This document shows, piece by piece, positions 12,590 through 25,821 of a stretch of 64,000 nucleotides of DNA. The position numbers and the translations under genes were made by a program. Position 1 is the stretch's first letter; every line of letters starts with the position of its first letter. Source of the DNA: Squalus acanthias (lineage: Eukaryota); the NCBI GenBank assembly GCA_030390025.1, contig CM059432.1, forward strand, positions 109,804,001 to 109,868,000, read 5' to 3'. Below the pieces are notes generated by a model, which made no database searches, was not told where the DNA came from, and worked only from the letters and a program-made list of their open reading frames with translations.

Positions 12590-13355
12590 GAAAACAACTT
12601 GCATTTATAAGGTGCATTTAACACAACAAAACGTCCCATGGTTAAAGAGAGAGTTATCAATAAAAACATTTTTGACACCGAGCCACAGAAGGAGATATCA
12701 GGACAGATAACCAAAAGCTTGGTCAAAGAGGTAGGTTTTAAGGAGCATCTTGAAGGAGAAGAGAGGTCGAGTGGAGGAGAGGTTTAGGGAGAAAATTCCA
12801 GAGCTTGGGGCCAAGGCAGCTGAAAGCACGGTTGGCAATGGGGAAGCGATTAAAATTGGGGATGCGCAAGAGGTCTGAAGTGGAAGAGTGCAGAGATCTT
12901 GAAAGCTTGTAGGGCTGAAGGTGGTTAGAGATAGGGAGGGGTGAGGCCATGGCAGGATTTAAAAATAAGGATAAGGATTTTAAAATTGAGGCGTTGTTGG
13001 ACCGGGAGACAGTGAAGGTCAGCGAGCACAGGGGAGATGGAAGAGTTTGGACACGGGCGGCAGAGTTTTGGATGACCTCAAGTTTATGGAGGGTAGAACT
13101 AGGGAGGCCGGCCAGGAGTGTGTTGGAATAGTCAAGTCTAGAGCAATGTGCCCGTTAAGCTGCGCGGTGGTTTGGAGGTCCGGCGCAGGCCGCTCAGCGG
13201 CTTTTAAATGGAGAAACCGCACATGCGGAAATTTGAATGGGCCGCAGAGCCCATAAAAGGGGCTGCGCACCCAAACAAAATTAGCAGGAACATTGGTCTA
13301 GAGGTTACAAAGGCATTATTGAGGATTTTGGCAGTAGATGAGCTGAGGCAAGGGC
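12590..13355 (-). mobile_element. L2-clade LINE 3' fragment
   Basis: [14 protein letters not shown]...[15 protein letters not shown] on the minus strand; L2-like 3' end near 12590. Confidence 0.75.
13144..13295. mobile_element. hAT (Charlie-like) MITE, 152 bp
   Basis: Imperfect TIRs CAATGTGCCCGTTAA / TTAGCAGGAACATTG; 8-bp TSD GTCTAGAG at 13136-13143 and 13296-13303. Confidence 0.85.
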
Positions 13356-13373
13356 AAAAAGTTCAAAAAAACT

Positions 13374-16300
13374 ACAAGAACATAAGAAATAGGAACAGGA
13401 ATAGGCCACTTGGCCTCTCGAGCCTGCTCTGCCATTCAATAAGATCATGGCTGATCTTGGGCTCAAAGCCACTTCCCTGCCCGCACCCCATAACCCTTCA
13501 CTCCCTTATCTTGCAAAAATCTGTCTATCTCTGGGGCAGAGAATTTCACAGATTTACGACCCTCAGGAGAAGAAATTCCTTCTCATCTCAGTTCTAAAAG
13601 GGCGACCCTTTATTCTGAAACTATGCTCCCGAGTTCTAGATTTCCCCACGAGGGGAAACATCCTCTCTGCATCTACCTTGTAGAGCCCCCTCAGTATCTT
13701 ATGTTTCAATATTATCTCTCATTCTTCTAAATTCTAAGGCCCAACCTTTCTTCATAAGTCAACCCCCTCATCTCCGGACTCAACCGTGTGAACCTTCTCT
13801 CAACTGCCTCCAATACAAGTATATCCTTCCTTAAATAAGGAGACCAAAACTGTACGCAGTACTCAAGGTGTATCTCACCAATACCCTGTACAGTTGTAGC
13901 AGGACTTCCCTGCTTTTATACTCCAACCCCCTTGCAATAAAGGCCAACATTGCATTTGCCTTTTTGATTACAGGAAACTCTATTAACCGGCACAGACGGG
14001 ACCGGCGTGGTGCCGGTTTATCGAAAGTACCGGATAACGGAGAGTTATATCTACCGAGGCTATTTTTAACAAAGAAAAATAAATAAATCAAGAAATGTGC
14101 AGTATACTTCCGACAGCACCAGGAGGTCGAGTAGTGGCACTTTTGAAAACTACCCCTACTGACTAAATCGGCGTTCGCGGACTCGGACTCGGGATCGGCA
14201 ACATTGCCGGTTATTTGAGAGGAGTTTTCGGAGTACTCGCCGTTCGCGGAGACTCGACTGCGACTCGGCAACATTGCCGGTTATTTGAGAGGAGTTTTCG
14301 GAGGATGATTTTTGCCGGTTAAGCGAGAATTCCGGATATTTGGGTGCCGGATAAACAAAAGTTTCCTGTACTTGCTGTACCTGCATGCTAACTTGTGTTT
14401 CATGCACAAGGACTCCCAGGTCCCTCTGAACTGTAGCATTTTGTAATCGCTCTCCATTTAAATAATAATTTGCTTTTTTTATTTTTCCTGCTAAAGTGTA
14501 TAACCTCTCACTTTCCCACATTATACTCCATCTGCCAAATGTTTGCCTACTCACTTAGCCTGTCTATATCCCTTTGCAGGTTCTTTGAGTCCTCTGCACA
14601 ACTTGCTTTCCCACCCATCTTTGTATCATCCGCAAACTTGGCTACATTACATTCGGTCCCTTCATCCAAGTCATTAATGTAGACTGTAAATAGTTGAGGC
14701 GCCAGCACCGATCCCTGTGGCACCCCACTAGTTACCGTTTGCCAACCGGAAAATGACCCATTTAACCCGACTCTCTGCTTTCTGTTAGTTAGCCAATTCT
14801 CTATCCATGCTAATATATTACCCCCAATTCCGTGAGCTCTTATCTTATGCAGTAACCTTTTATGTGGCACCTTATCGAATGCCTTCTGGAAATCCAAATA
14901 CACCACATCCACTGGCTCACCTTTATCTACCCTGCTCGTTACATCCTCAAAGAACTCCAGCAAATTTGTTAAACATGATTTCCCTTTCATAAAACCATGC
15001 TGACTCTGCTTGACTGCATTATCATTTTCCAAATGCCCTGCTACCGCTTCCTTAATGAAGGACTCCAGCATTTTCCCAACGACGGACGTTAGGCTAACTG
15101 GTCTATAGGTCCCTGCTTTCTGTCTCCCTCCTTTCTTAAATAGAGGTGTTACATTTGCGGTTTCCAATCCACTGGGACCTCTCCAGAGTCCAGGGAATTT
15201 TGGTATAATGCAATCAATGCACCCACAATCTAGCAGTCACTTCTTTTAAGACCCTGGGATGCAGGCCATCTGGTCCAGGGGACTTGTCTTTTAGTCCCAT
15301 TATTTTACCAAGTACTTTTTCCTTAGTGATAGTCTTTAGTTCCCCCCTCCCTGTGGCCCCTTGATTATCCATTATTGGGATGTTGTTGGTGTCTTCTGCC
15401 GCGAAGACAGATACAAAATATTTGCAGAGTCTCTACCATTTCCCAGTTCCCCATTCTCATCCTCTAAGGGACCAATGTTTACTTTAGCTACTCTCTTCCT
15501 TTTTATATACCTGTAGAAGCTCTTACTTTCTTTAATATTTCTTGCCAGTTTACTCTCAATTCATCTTCTCTGTTTATCATTTTTTTAGTCATTTTTTGCT
15601 GGTTTAAAAATTTTTTCCCAATTCTCTGACCTCCCACCAATCTTGGCAACATTGTATGCCTTTTTCCAATTTGATACCATCCTTCACTTCCTTATTTAGC
15701 CACGGATAGTGCTCCCTTCTCTTAAAATCTCTCACTGGAATATATTTTTGTTGCTAGTTATAAAATATCTCCTTAAATGTCAGCCACTGCATTTCAACTG
15801 TCTTACCCTTTAATTTATTTTTCCAGTCCACTTTAGCTAGTTCTGCCTTCATGCCATTGTAATTGCCTTTGTTTAAGATCACGACACTGGTTTCAGATAC
15901 AACTTTCTCACCCTCCAACTGAATTTGAAATTCAACCATGTTATGATAACTCTTTCCAAGAGGATCCTTTACTACGAGATCATTTATTAATTCTGTCTCA
16001 TTACACAGAACCAGATCCAAGATAGCCTGCTCCCTGGTTGGTTCCATTACATACTGTTCTAGGAAACCATCCCGGATACACTATGAACTCAAGGCTACCA
16101 TGGCCAATTTGATTTGTCCAATCAATATGGAGATTAAAATCACCCATGATTATTACCGTACCTTTTTTACAGGCCTCCATTATTTGTTGATTTATACTCT
16201 GTCCAACAGTATTGCTACTGTTCGGGGGCCTGCAGACTACGCCCAGAGACTTTTCCCCTTTTATTTATTTATTTTTTATCTCCACCCAACCCGATTCTAC

Positions 16301-16950
16301 ATCTTGATCTTCTGAGCCAATATCACTTCTCACCACTGCACTGATCCCATCCTTTACCAACAAAGCCACCCCACCTCCCTTTCCTTTCTGTCTATCCTGC
16401 CGAATTGTCAAATAACCTGGAATATTCAGTTCCCAGCCCTGATCACCTTGCAACCACATCTCTAATGCCGATCAGATCATACCCATTTGTGCCGTCAACT
16501 CATCTATCTTTATCTGAATGCACGCAGCATTCGTAGCTAGAGCTTTTAACTGTCTTTTTACCATTTCTCCTTGTTTTGGCCCCATTTTCTGTTGCACTCT
16601 TATTTTTAACATTCGGTCCCTTCCTGTCACACTCTGGTTATTATTTCCCCCATCTCTATCCTGCTCTATTCTTTTCTCATTGACATTTTAAATACCCGCT
16701 CACCTGGACCACCCCCCCCCCCCCCCCCCCACTATTTAGTTTAAAGCCCTCTCTACAGCCCTAGTTATTCGATTCACCAGGACTTTAGCCCCAGCATGGT
16801 TCAAGTGAAGTCCATCCAAACAGAACAGCTCCCTCTTATCCCAGTACTGGTGCCAGTGCCCCACAAATCGAAACCCATTTCTCCCACACCAGTCTTTGAG
16901 CCACTCGTTCATTTCTCTGATCTTATTTACCCTATGCTGGGTAATACAAA
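13374..16950 (-). mobile_element. Degraded CR1 LINE in RALA intron 3
   Basis: Fragments: DGLHLN ORF1 end at 16736-16940, endonuclease at 15754-16459, RT at 14547-15167, tail at ~13375. Confidence 0.9.
13971..14368. mobile_element. Tc1/mariner (Tigger/pogo-like) MITE, 398 bp
   Basis: TIRs CAGGAAACT...CCGGCAC at both ends with TA TSD; removal restores the CR1 reading QVQQVIKKANA. Confidence 0.85.
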
Positions 16951-17312
16951 GGTTACAGCAAGTAGCCCTTTCCAAGCATCAAGATCATAGTTAAATATAC
17001 TAGTGTGCTAACATAAATTATATAACATTGACATCTTGGATAAATGGAGGTATTAATCTCCAAGGGCAAACTGCTATGTGCTCCCATCCTTGTAGAGGGG
17101 AAAAAAATAGAAATGTGGATTATAATGTACTTGCTGGAAGAACCAACTCATGCAATCCACCTGAACTTTAAGAATTTTAATTATTTTCCTTGCATTAAGT
17201 TTCTCCCTTGCTAGGTTGCGATCACCATTATAAAATGAAGTAAAATAAAACACCAAGTACAACAGTACTAGTTATGCAACACGTTCATTCTGACAGTGGT
17301 TTGTAAATTTCA

Positions 17313-17582
<270 letters not shown>

Positions 17583-17787
17583 TTAATTTGCTAGTAATGA
17601 AATTTGAGGTTTGTTTCTGTTGCTTATTATTCCCTAAACTCCACAAAACAGCATTTTAGATTTTTTTTTTTTTAATTCCGTTAAGGCCAACTATACATTT
17701 GCCTACAAATGTCACTCCAAATCTAACTCACACTTTTGAAGGATTACAACAAAAGAATCTACATAAATAAGCATGTGAAGACTCATT

Positions 17788-17879
17788 AAGAACATAAGAA
17801 CCAGGAGCAGGAGTAGGCCAATTGGCCCCTCGAGCCTGCTCCGCCATTCAATAAGATCATGGTTGATCCAATCTTGGCC
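17788..17879 (-). mobile_element. CR1 3' tail fragment truncated at the rearrangement junction
   Basis: AAGAACATAAGAACCAGGAGCAGGAGTAGGCC...GATCCAATCTTGGCC. Confidence 0.8.
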
Positions 17880-18164
17880 CCGGTTCGTACGTGAATTGGG
17901 TCTGTGGTGGAACTGTTGGTCAGGATCACGGCTTGCATGTCGTCGTGAAGCAGGCAGAGGATGGGGACAAACTTTTGAGGGCAGCCGAATTTGAGGAGAA
18001 CACTCCATAATCCCTGACGGTTGACAGTGTCGAAGGCCTTTGTGAGATCAAAGAAGGCCATGTTGGTGCTGTTCCCTGCATTTCTCTTGTAATTGATGCG
18101 CGGTGAAGATCATGTCCATTGTGCCCCTTAGTGGGCGGAATCCGCATTGCGACTCTGGGAGGAG
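17873..18164 (-). mobile_element. RTE-clade LINE, 5'-most retained part (RT)
   Basis: LLPESQCGFRPLRGTMDMIFTARQLQEKCREQ...AFFDLTKAFDTVNR...PIHVRTG. Confidence 0.9.
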
Positions 18165-21100
18165 ACTATTAGAGGAACTGCACGAGGAAAGTCAGGAAAG
18201 ACGTGCGCAAGAACAGACCTCCCGTAACATGGTTGAATACCTACAGTGTCAGGTTACAGAGGCCAAGGTAAACCTGCAGGCCCTACGGGAAGAAAATGCG
18301 AGGCTAATAGCGAGAGCTGACAGCTTGGAGGGCCAGCTAAGGGATATAAAGATAGCTCATAAAGTAGCCAGGAGTAGAGGCTATGAGGAAGCAGATCACG
18401 AACAATGTAAGGAAAGGATCCAAAAATTGACCCAAGCCTTGTCCGGAGCCAGAGGTATGGCCTGTTTAATGTCACCGGGGGAAACTGGGACAAGGAGGGT
18501 CAGGAGCCTGATGATAGGGCTCAGGACAAGAAAGTTCGACCGGCGCCTGAAGCGCCACCAAGACCAATGTGGCCTCTGCGGTAGCAGAAGTTCAGGCCAC
18601 CCGCACCAAACGGCGACCAGGGCTCACTGCAGAGCGGTTACGTGGTCCCGTACACAACCCCTCAGCTGCAAGCTATGCTATCAGGGATGCCTAAGCTTAA
18701 ACGGGACGGGGACCCTTCAGTTCACTTTATGGAAGTAGAACAGGTAGGGGGGGGGGTCAACGGATGTAGTGAGGGCGAGATCAACAGGCTGATGCGGTTC
18801 TCCCTTGAAGGGGGATTGTATCAGAGCTTATCCGCAGCCACAAAGCTGGGAGGGGGCACCACAGAGGGCTTGAAAGACGAGATCCTGAGGGCCATGGGGC
18901 ATACCCAGGGTAAACATAGAAACATAGAAACATAGAAACTAGGAGCAGGAGTAGGCCATTCGGCCCGTCGAGCCTGCTCCACCATTCAATACGATCATGG
19001 CTGATCATCCAAATCCAGTATCCTGTCCCCGCTTTCTCACACAGAATCCCCATCGAGCCTGCACCGACACATATCCCACCCTATCCCCGTAACCCCACGT
19101 ATTTAATTCCCCCTAACATATCCCATCCTATCCCCGTAACCCCACATATTTAATCCCCCCCTAACACTAAGGGTCAATTTATCATAGCCAAATGGGTAGC
19201 CCATTCTTACAAGTAGAACGGACTAGGCAGCTGGCTGGCGAGGCACCAGATGCATTCGCGGACAAGCTATGGCCTGTGTACGTAAAGGCAACTGGAGGGA
19301 CGCTCAACCGCGCGCAGTTGAGAGGGGCCCCCAGGAATCACTGGCTCAGGGTCCTTGTGGCGAACAGCTTGCCCAGGGTCAGGGCAGAAACGTGGTTTGA
19401 CCCCGAGGACCTCGCGAATGTGGAGGCAGGCGTGCTCAGAAAGCTGAGTCTAGCCTTTAAGGCCGATTCCGGGGAGGAGGTCAAACCAAAGGGAAGGGTC
19501 CACGAAATGAAAGCCAGTGAGGGTAATAGGAAGGAATGGCGACAGGAAGGGGTTAGTACCGACAGGACTTATTTCGGGTGTGGGAAGAGGGGACACTGGA
19601 GGTGAGACTGCCTGGTCCCCAAAGGGGGGAGACCAGTCCCAGGGGGTCCTCCAGTGCAGAAGCCACGTGTTAGAGGCAGAGGGGACGACCGACGAGTCGT
19701 TCGAGCTTCTGGTGGCCGCCCTACGGAAGACTATGGGAAAGGACAAAGGCAAGTTAGAGGCTGCCGTGAGCAGTGAAGCGCCTACTGCACCCGTACGCCC
19801 CCCACCCTGACTGGAACGTGTCCAGCCTGAGTACCTGTGTCCGCTCACGTACGATGAGTGGGGCAGGCCCTGTGTAAAGATAGGGGCGGAGACGGTGCAG
19901 GGGAAATATTTGGTGGATACCAGGGCTTCCAGCACAGTGGTCCATTCAAAAAACCCGACCAATTCACCCTGGTCTAGCAGGGTCCCATTCAGACTCGTGG
20001 GGTTCACAGGGAATGAGCAGGCTGGGGCAATCTCAAAACCCCTGGCCATAGAACTAAGATCCTGATGCAATGGGAACAGCCAGGATCAGGAGTCCTCGGG
20101 GCTGGCTTTATGTTAGCCAACCGAGTGATTGTGGATTTAAGGAATCACTGCCTATGGGGGGCAGCAGATTCAGATAAAGCAGAGGAGGCGCTAGTGATCC
20201 CAAGAGATAGGGAAGGAAGGGGTAGTGTGTGTACTATGAAGCCCAAGGGGAATTACGACCTAGAGCAGTTGGTCTGTAATACCCCAGCCAAGTATCAGGC
20301 AAACGTGTGGGACAACCTCGCCGCATTCGCCACTCACAAGCACGACTGTGGCATGGTGACAGGGGTAGAAGTCAGAGTGCAAGGGGACCCCACGTCACGG
20401 CCACAGAAACAGTACAGTTTCCCCAGAGAGGCAGAAGCCAACTTAGAGACGGCACTGGGATCCCTTGTAGAACAAGGGGTGCTGAGGCCGATAGCCACCC
20501 ACGTAAACTCAGCACTTTTGCCGGTTAAGAAGCCCAACCAGTCGTGGAGAGCCACCATGGACTATCGGGTGCTCAATAAAAATATCCCAGCCTGCGCGCC
20601 CAGTGTCACGGCTGTTGCTGACCTCATAGGGAGCATTCCAGCGACCGCAACCACGTTCACGGTGCTGGATATCTCCAATGGGTTCTGGTCGGTTCCCCTC
20701 AAAACGGGAAGACCAGTACAAATTTGCCTTTACATTTAAAGGGCAACAGTACACCTAGACATGCCTTTCCCAGGGGTTTCACAACAGCCCCTCCATATTT
20801 CACCAGTGTATGGCCGACGCACTCAAAGGCTTCAGCCAACCCAACCAGCTAATCCAGTATGTGGACGACTTGCTTTTGTTCTCCGCGGAGGGGGAGGAGC
20901 ACAGGCCACTGCTGGACGAGCTGTTGAGGCTGTTGCGGGAGACAGGGTTTAAAGTGAACCCAAAGAAAGCCCAGATCGGTCGGAAGTCAAATTCCTCGGG
21001 CTGACCGTAAGGGCTGGTGAGCGAGCGTTAGATGAGGCAAAAAGAAAGGCAGTAGGCAGTACAGGAGTTACCAGCCCCCAAGGATGTAACAGGGGTAAGA

Positions 21101-23040
21101 TCCTTCCTGGGACTCACAGGGTACTGCAGGGATTTTATTGAGGGTTACGCAGCCACGGCAGCCCCTCTGCTTCGGCTCCTCCGCAAGGGAGTCGGGTGGG
21201 AGTGGGTCCAGAACTGCCAGGAAGCGTTCACAAGCCTCAAGGAGAATTTACAGACGGCACCCGCGTTGGGAGCCATTAACAGTAGTGAGGAATTCCTTTT
21301 GGAGGTAGCAGCCAGCGGGGATAGCTTGAGCGCGGTGTTGCTCCAGGAGCGGCACGGCAAGCTACGACCCGTGGTCTACTCAAGGGTTCTCACTGAGGTA
21401 GAAAGGGGATACTCCAACTGCGAGAGGCATCTCCTAGCCACGCACTGGGCAGTAAAGCGCTCCCAGCTCTTTACGGGATCATCCCTGATAACCTTACTAA
21501 CTCACCCCACCCCCACTCAGATGTTGTTAGACGGGAGGATAAAGGACGGAACAGTGAGCAGTGCCTGTATTGCTCGCTGGACTTTATTGCTCTCGCAAAT
21601 GAATCTGAGTGTGCAGGGGTTGACAGAGACAAAGCTGGCTATGAATTTAATCTATCCAGGGACTGCCCATGCGTGTACTGTAGAAGGGGTGTGGGACGTA
21701 GGTGTGGGATTCTGGGCCGGGATACACCCGACAGGCCGGGACATCTACGTAGACGGGTCAAGTTCAGTGGTGAATGGGGAGCGTCTCACTGGGTGTGGGA
21801 TTTATGACCCCACAGCTAAGATAGCGAAGGCCATTAAACTCCCCAGCACCCTGAGTGCTCAGCACTCCGAACTGTCGGCGGTGGCGTACGTGGTTACCCA
21901 CCCTGATGAATTCCCCACCCCCTATACCATCTGCTCGGATTCCATGTTCACCTGTAATTCATGCACGGAGTACTTGGCCATTTGGGCCAGGCGCAGTTTC
22001 AAGTCCGCAGATGGGAAGCCCCTAGTGACAGCACCGTTGCTAGAGAGAATTTTAAAAGTCACGGGCACCTGGGGAGATTACTACATACACAAGGTTAAAG
22101 TCCATTCAAAGACAGAGCCCAAGTGGGAGGGCAACCAAAAGGCAGATGAGCTGGCCAAACAGGGGGCCAGGGAAGGAGTATTCTGGGATCTGTACAGAGC
22201 AGGTCCGGTAGCAGCAATCCGGGACAAGGGAGGCACACAGGGGGTAGCTTTGGCCCCGGACTTAACAAGTCCAAGCGCAGGATCCCGTACTTAGGGCCGT
22301 CCTTGTAAAAAGGGAGAACGGCGAATTGGTGGAGAGTCCGTTCGGGGCAGTGGACATCACGGTTGAGGGGATGCTTTTCAAAGGGGATCGTTGGATAGTT
22401 CCAGCACAGCACCGGGAGGAGTTCCTCCAGTTGGCCCACGGGGGCGGGACACCGAGGGCCGGAAACTACTTGGCAAAGGGTAGAGGCGGCGGGGTGGTGG
22501 CCCCATCTCAGGGAGGAAGTCAAAGAATTCTGTGCGAATTGTTTGGTGCGTGTGGCTAACAACCCCGATCCCCAGCGCAGAAAAGCCCCATAGGACACAC
22601 CAGAAGGGTAGAGGGACTGTGGCGGTCCCTGCAGGTCGATTTCATCAGACCACTACCCACCACTAAAGCAGGTAGCAAGTACTGCTTAGTCCTGGTGGAC
22701 GTATTCTCTAAGTGGGTGGAGGCCTTCCCATGCCGAGCAGCCACAGCACTAACGACAGCTAGGGTCCTAGTGAGGGAAGTATTCTCCCGATGGGGACTGC
22801 CACAGGTTGTGGAGTCCGACCAAGGGAGCCATTTCACGGGGCAGGTGATGCAGACCACCATAAAACTTTTGGGAATACAAGGGAAGTGGCATGTGGCTCA
22901 CAATCCCCAGTCATCGGGGATTGTGGACCGCATGAACCGGACACTGAAAGAAAGACTGAGGAAGGAGATAAGCCCGTTCCCGCAGAAATGGGACGAGCTC
23001 TTGCCTCTAGTCTTAATGAGTGTCCGGGCCAGCCCCACCA
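18165..23040 (+). mobile_element. gag(3')-pro-pol of degraded endogenous retrovirus-like element, copy 1
   Basis: Coiled-coil gag; Zn knuckle remnant GCGKRGHWR*DC; protease GRP...LVDTRAS; RT PQKQY, LDISNGFWS, QGFHNSP, QYVDDLL; tether then RNase H IYVDGS...SAQHSEL...SDS...GNQKADELAK; integrase HHCC remnant, LQVDF, VESDQGSHFTG, PQSSGIVDRMNRTLK; truncated at ~23040. Confidence 0.9.
18914..19193 (-). mobile_element. Chimeric SINE-3'-half / CR1-3'-tail insertion in gag
   Basis: SINE part ~19040-19193 matches the SINE at 30356; CR1 tail with (TTTCTATG)n at 18914-19040; flanked by GGGTA direct repeats. Confidence 0.75.
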
Positions 23041-23063
23041 GGGTACAATGCGAGGGACCAGTG
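23038..23063. repeat. 20-bp minisatellite unit, same family as 4975-5130
   Basis: ACCAGGGTACAATGCGAGGGACCAGTGT. Confidence 0.75.
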
Positions 23064-24393
23064 TACATAAGAAATAGGAGCAGGAGTAGGCCATTCGGCC
23101 CTTCGAGCCTGCTCCGCCATTCAATGAGATCATGGCTGATCTTCTGCCTCAATTCCATTCACCGGCCTTATCGCCATATCCCTTGATGCCTTTACTAGTC
23201 AGAAATCTATCGACTTCGGTTTTGAATATACCCAATGACTGAGCCTCCACAGCCCTCTGGGGTAGAGAATTCCAAAGATTCACCACCATGTGTGTGAAGA
23301 AATTTCTTCTCATCTCAGTCCTGAATGGCCTACCCTTTATCCTGAGGCTTTGGCCCCTGGTTCTAGACTCCCCAGCCAAGGGAAACATTCTCCCTGCATC
23401 CACCTATCAAGCCCTGTAATAATTTTGTATGCTTCAATCAGATCCCTCCTCATTCTTCTGAATTCAAGAGAATACAGGCCTAGCTTACTCAATCTCTTCT
23501 CATAAGACAGTCCCGCCATCCCAGGAATCAATCTTGTGAACCTTCTTTGCACTCCTTCTATGGCAAGTATATCCTTCCTTAGGTAAGGAGACCAAAATTG
23601 TACACAGTACTCCAGGTGTGGTCTCACCAAGGCCCTATATAATTGGAGTAAGACTTCTTTACTCCTGTACTCAAATCCTCTTGTAATGAAGGCCAGCATA
23701 CCATTTGCCTTCCTAATGGCTTGCTGCACCTGCACATTCACTTTCAGTGACTCATGTATAAGGACAGCCAGGTCCCTTTGAGCATCTGCATTCCCCAATC
23801 TTTCACCATTTAGGAAATATTCTGCCTTTGTTTTTTCTGCCAAAGTGGATAACTTCACATTTATCTACATTATATTCCATCTGCCATGCCCACTCACTGA
23901 GCCTGTTGAGATCCCCTTGAAGTCTCTTCACATCCTCTTCGCAACTGATACTGCCACCTAGCTTTGTGTCATCAGCAAATTTGGAAATGTTACATTTAGT
24001 CCCCTTATCCAAATCATTGATATAGATTGTGAATAGCTGGGGCCCAAGCACAGATCCACTAGTCACAGCCTGCCATCCTGAAAAAGACCCATTTATCCCT
24101 ACTCTTTGTTTTCTGTCTGTTAACCAATTCTCAATCCATGCTAGTATATTACCCCCAATTCCAGGTGCCCTAATTTTGTTCACCAGCCTCATGTGGGACC
24201 TTATCGAAGGCCTTCTGAAAATCCAAATACACCACATCTACCAGTTCCCCTTTGTCTACTCCACTCGTTACATCCTCAAAGAACTCCAATAGGTTTGTCA
24301 AACAGGATTTCCCTTTCATAAATCCATGTTGACACTGCCCAATCTTACTATTAGTTTCTAAGTGCCCAGTTATTGCATCCTTTAAAATAGATT
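23064..24393 (-). mobile_element. 5'-truncated CR1 inserted in the minisatellite
   Basis: RT fragments (ORFs 23149-24469); probable TSD CCAGTGT. Confidence 0.9.
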
Positions 24394-24610
24394 CCAGTGT
24401 CAGGAACCAGGGTACAGCGTGAGGGACCAGGGTACAGTGTACTTCAATACAGTTTCCAATTAATTCCATTCCAATTCACCCTAATACTCGGTTTCCAATT
24501 CGTTTACTATTCGTTCCATTCCAATTCAACCCAATATTCGGTTTCCAATTCGTTGCAGTCCAATTCATTCCAATACTCAATTTCCAATCCGTTCCAGTCC
24601 AATTCAATTC
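24394..24610. repeat. Rest of the 20-bp minisatellite followed by a degenerate TTCCAAT/ATTCC-type simple repeat
   Basis: ACCAGGGTACAGCGTGAGGGACCAGGGTACAGTGT, then repeated TTCCAATTC motifs. Confidence 0.8.
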
Positions 24611-25040
24611 TCAGCTCCTCCATTTATAAACCCCAAAATGTTATTGGCCCTTATGACTTAATCTACTTTATAACTCTCACTTTCAAGGAATTATCAATTT
24701 GAATCTCAAGTTTCTCTCTCCATACTCAAATGTTTTTCTACTCAAGCATATACTCCCATCCCTTGTTTTTTTCTGCTCAAGATGCATTTCTTCACACTTC
24801 TCTAGATTAAATTGCATCAGCTACTTGTCAGTCTTTACAGTTCGCCTGTTTGCCAATCCCCTACTTGTCATCAAATTGCAATAACATTCTCCCTATACCC
24901 AAGTCCAAATCAGATTATGTACACACAATCAAGAAACGTCGATCAATCAACAATCCCTGCGGTACACTGCTTCCAACCTTTCTCCAATTCAAGCAACACC
25001 CATTAGCCCTAATCCTTTGCTTCTTGTCTGTAAACCAACC
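24610..25040 (-). mobile_element. Ancient, highly decayed CR1-like RT fragment
   Basis: Minus strand yields remnants such as SVPQG and DK*LMQFNLEKCEEMH. Confidence 0.55.
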
Positions 25041-25821
25041 ATACACTGGCTGCCCTCAATTATCTCATGCATCTCTAAATGCAGAGTAATTTGCTCACAA
25101 CTGACATCAGAATTCTGGGAAAAAATGCAATACTTACTATTAAGCTTAGTCATTAGATGCTAGAAATGCTTGCAAGAGGTTCCCCAAATGTTAGCAGTTA
25201 AGTGAAATAAATTAAACCTACCTCACTTTCCATTTTGGGCTCCTGTATCCAGGTACCAGATAAGCGGTTTGGTAGGATGCTCAACCCATTTTTATTCTCC
25301 ATCTCTTTTCAATGCCAACTTTGAGAAGGGCAATTTTGGTGCAGAGTCAGATTGTGGACATTTTAGGAGATGGCAAGAGTATGACGACAATTTGCATTTA
25401 TATAGCGTCTTTAGCATAGGAAAATGTCCCACACCGGATTCTTTTCTAAAACAAAAATTGCTGCCAAGTTTAAGGTTTTTTCTAGTTAAAAGCCTTAATT
25501 GCATTTTTGCTCCCCATACATTTTCCCCCCACACAAGACTTTAAAAAGAAAAATTCCCAAATTTATAAAAGGTGTTTTGTTTAAAAAATACAACTGCAAC
25601 CTTAGCTGCAATGTTTATTTTACATACATTAAAAAAAATATTTTCAAAATGAAGCATTTTTCATTTTTATTTTTAAGAGGTTGATCGCAGTTTTGAAAAA
25701 TAAGGAACTTTAAAAAAAATCTCAACAGCGTTTTTGCTTGCAACAAATGGTTGCAGCAATCTTTCTTCCTGAGTAATTTAGAGATCCCAAGCATTTTACT
25801 CAGTCATTTTAGGAAGTAAAG

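Noticed and set aside
25325..25470. Weak inverted repeat (GGGCAATTTTGG...AAAATTGCTGCC)
   Set aside because: Too degenerate to define ends or a TSD; probably an old MITE remnant
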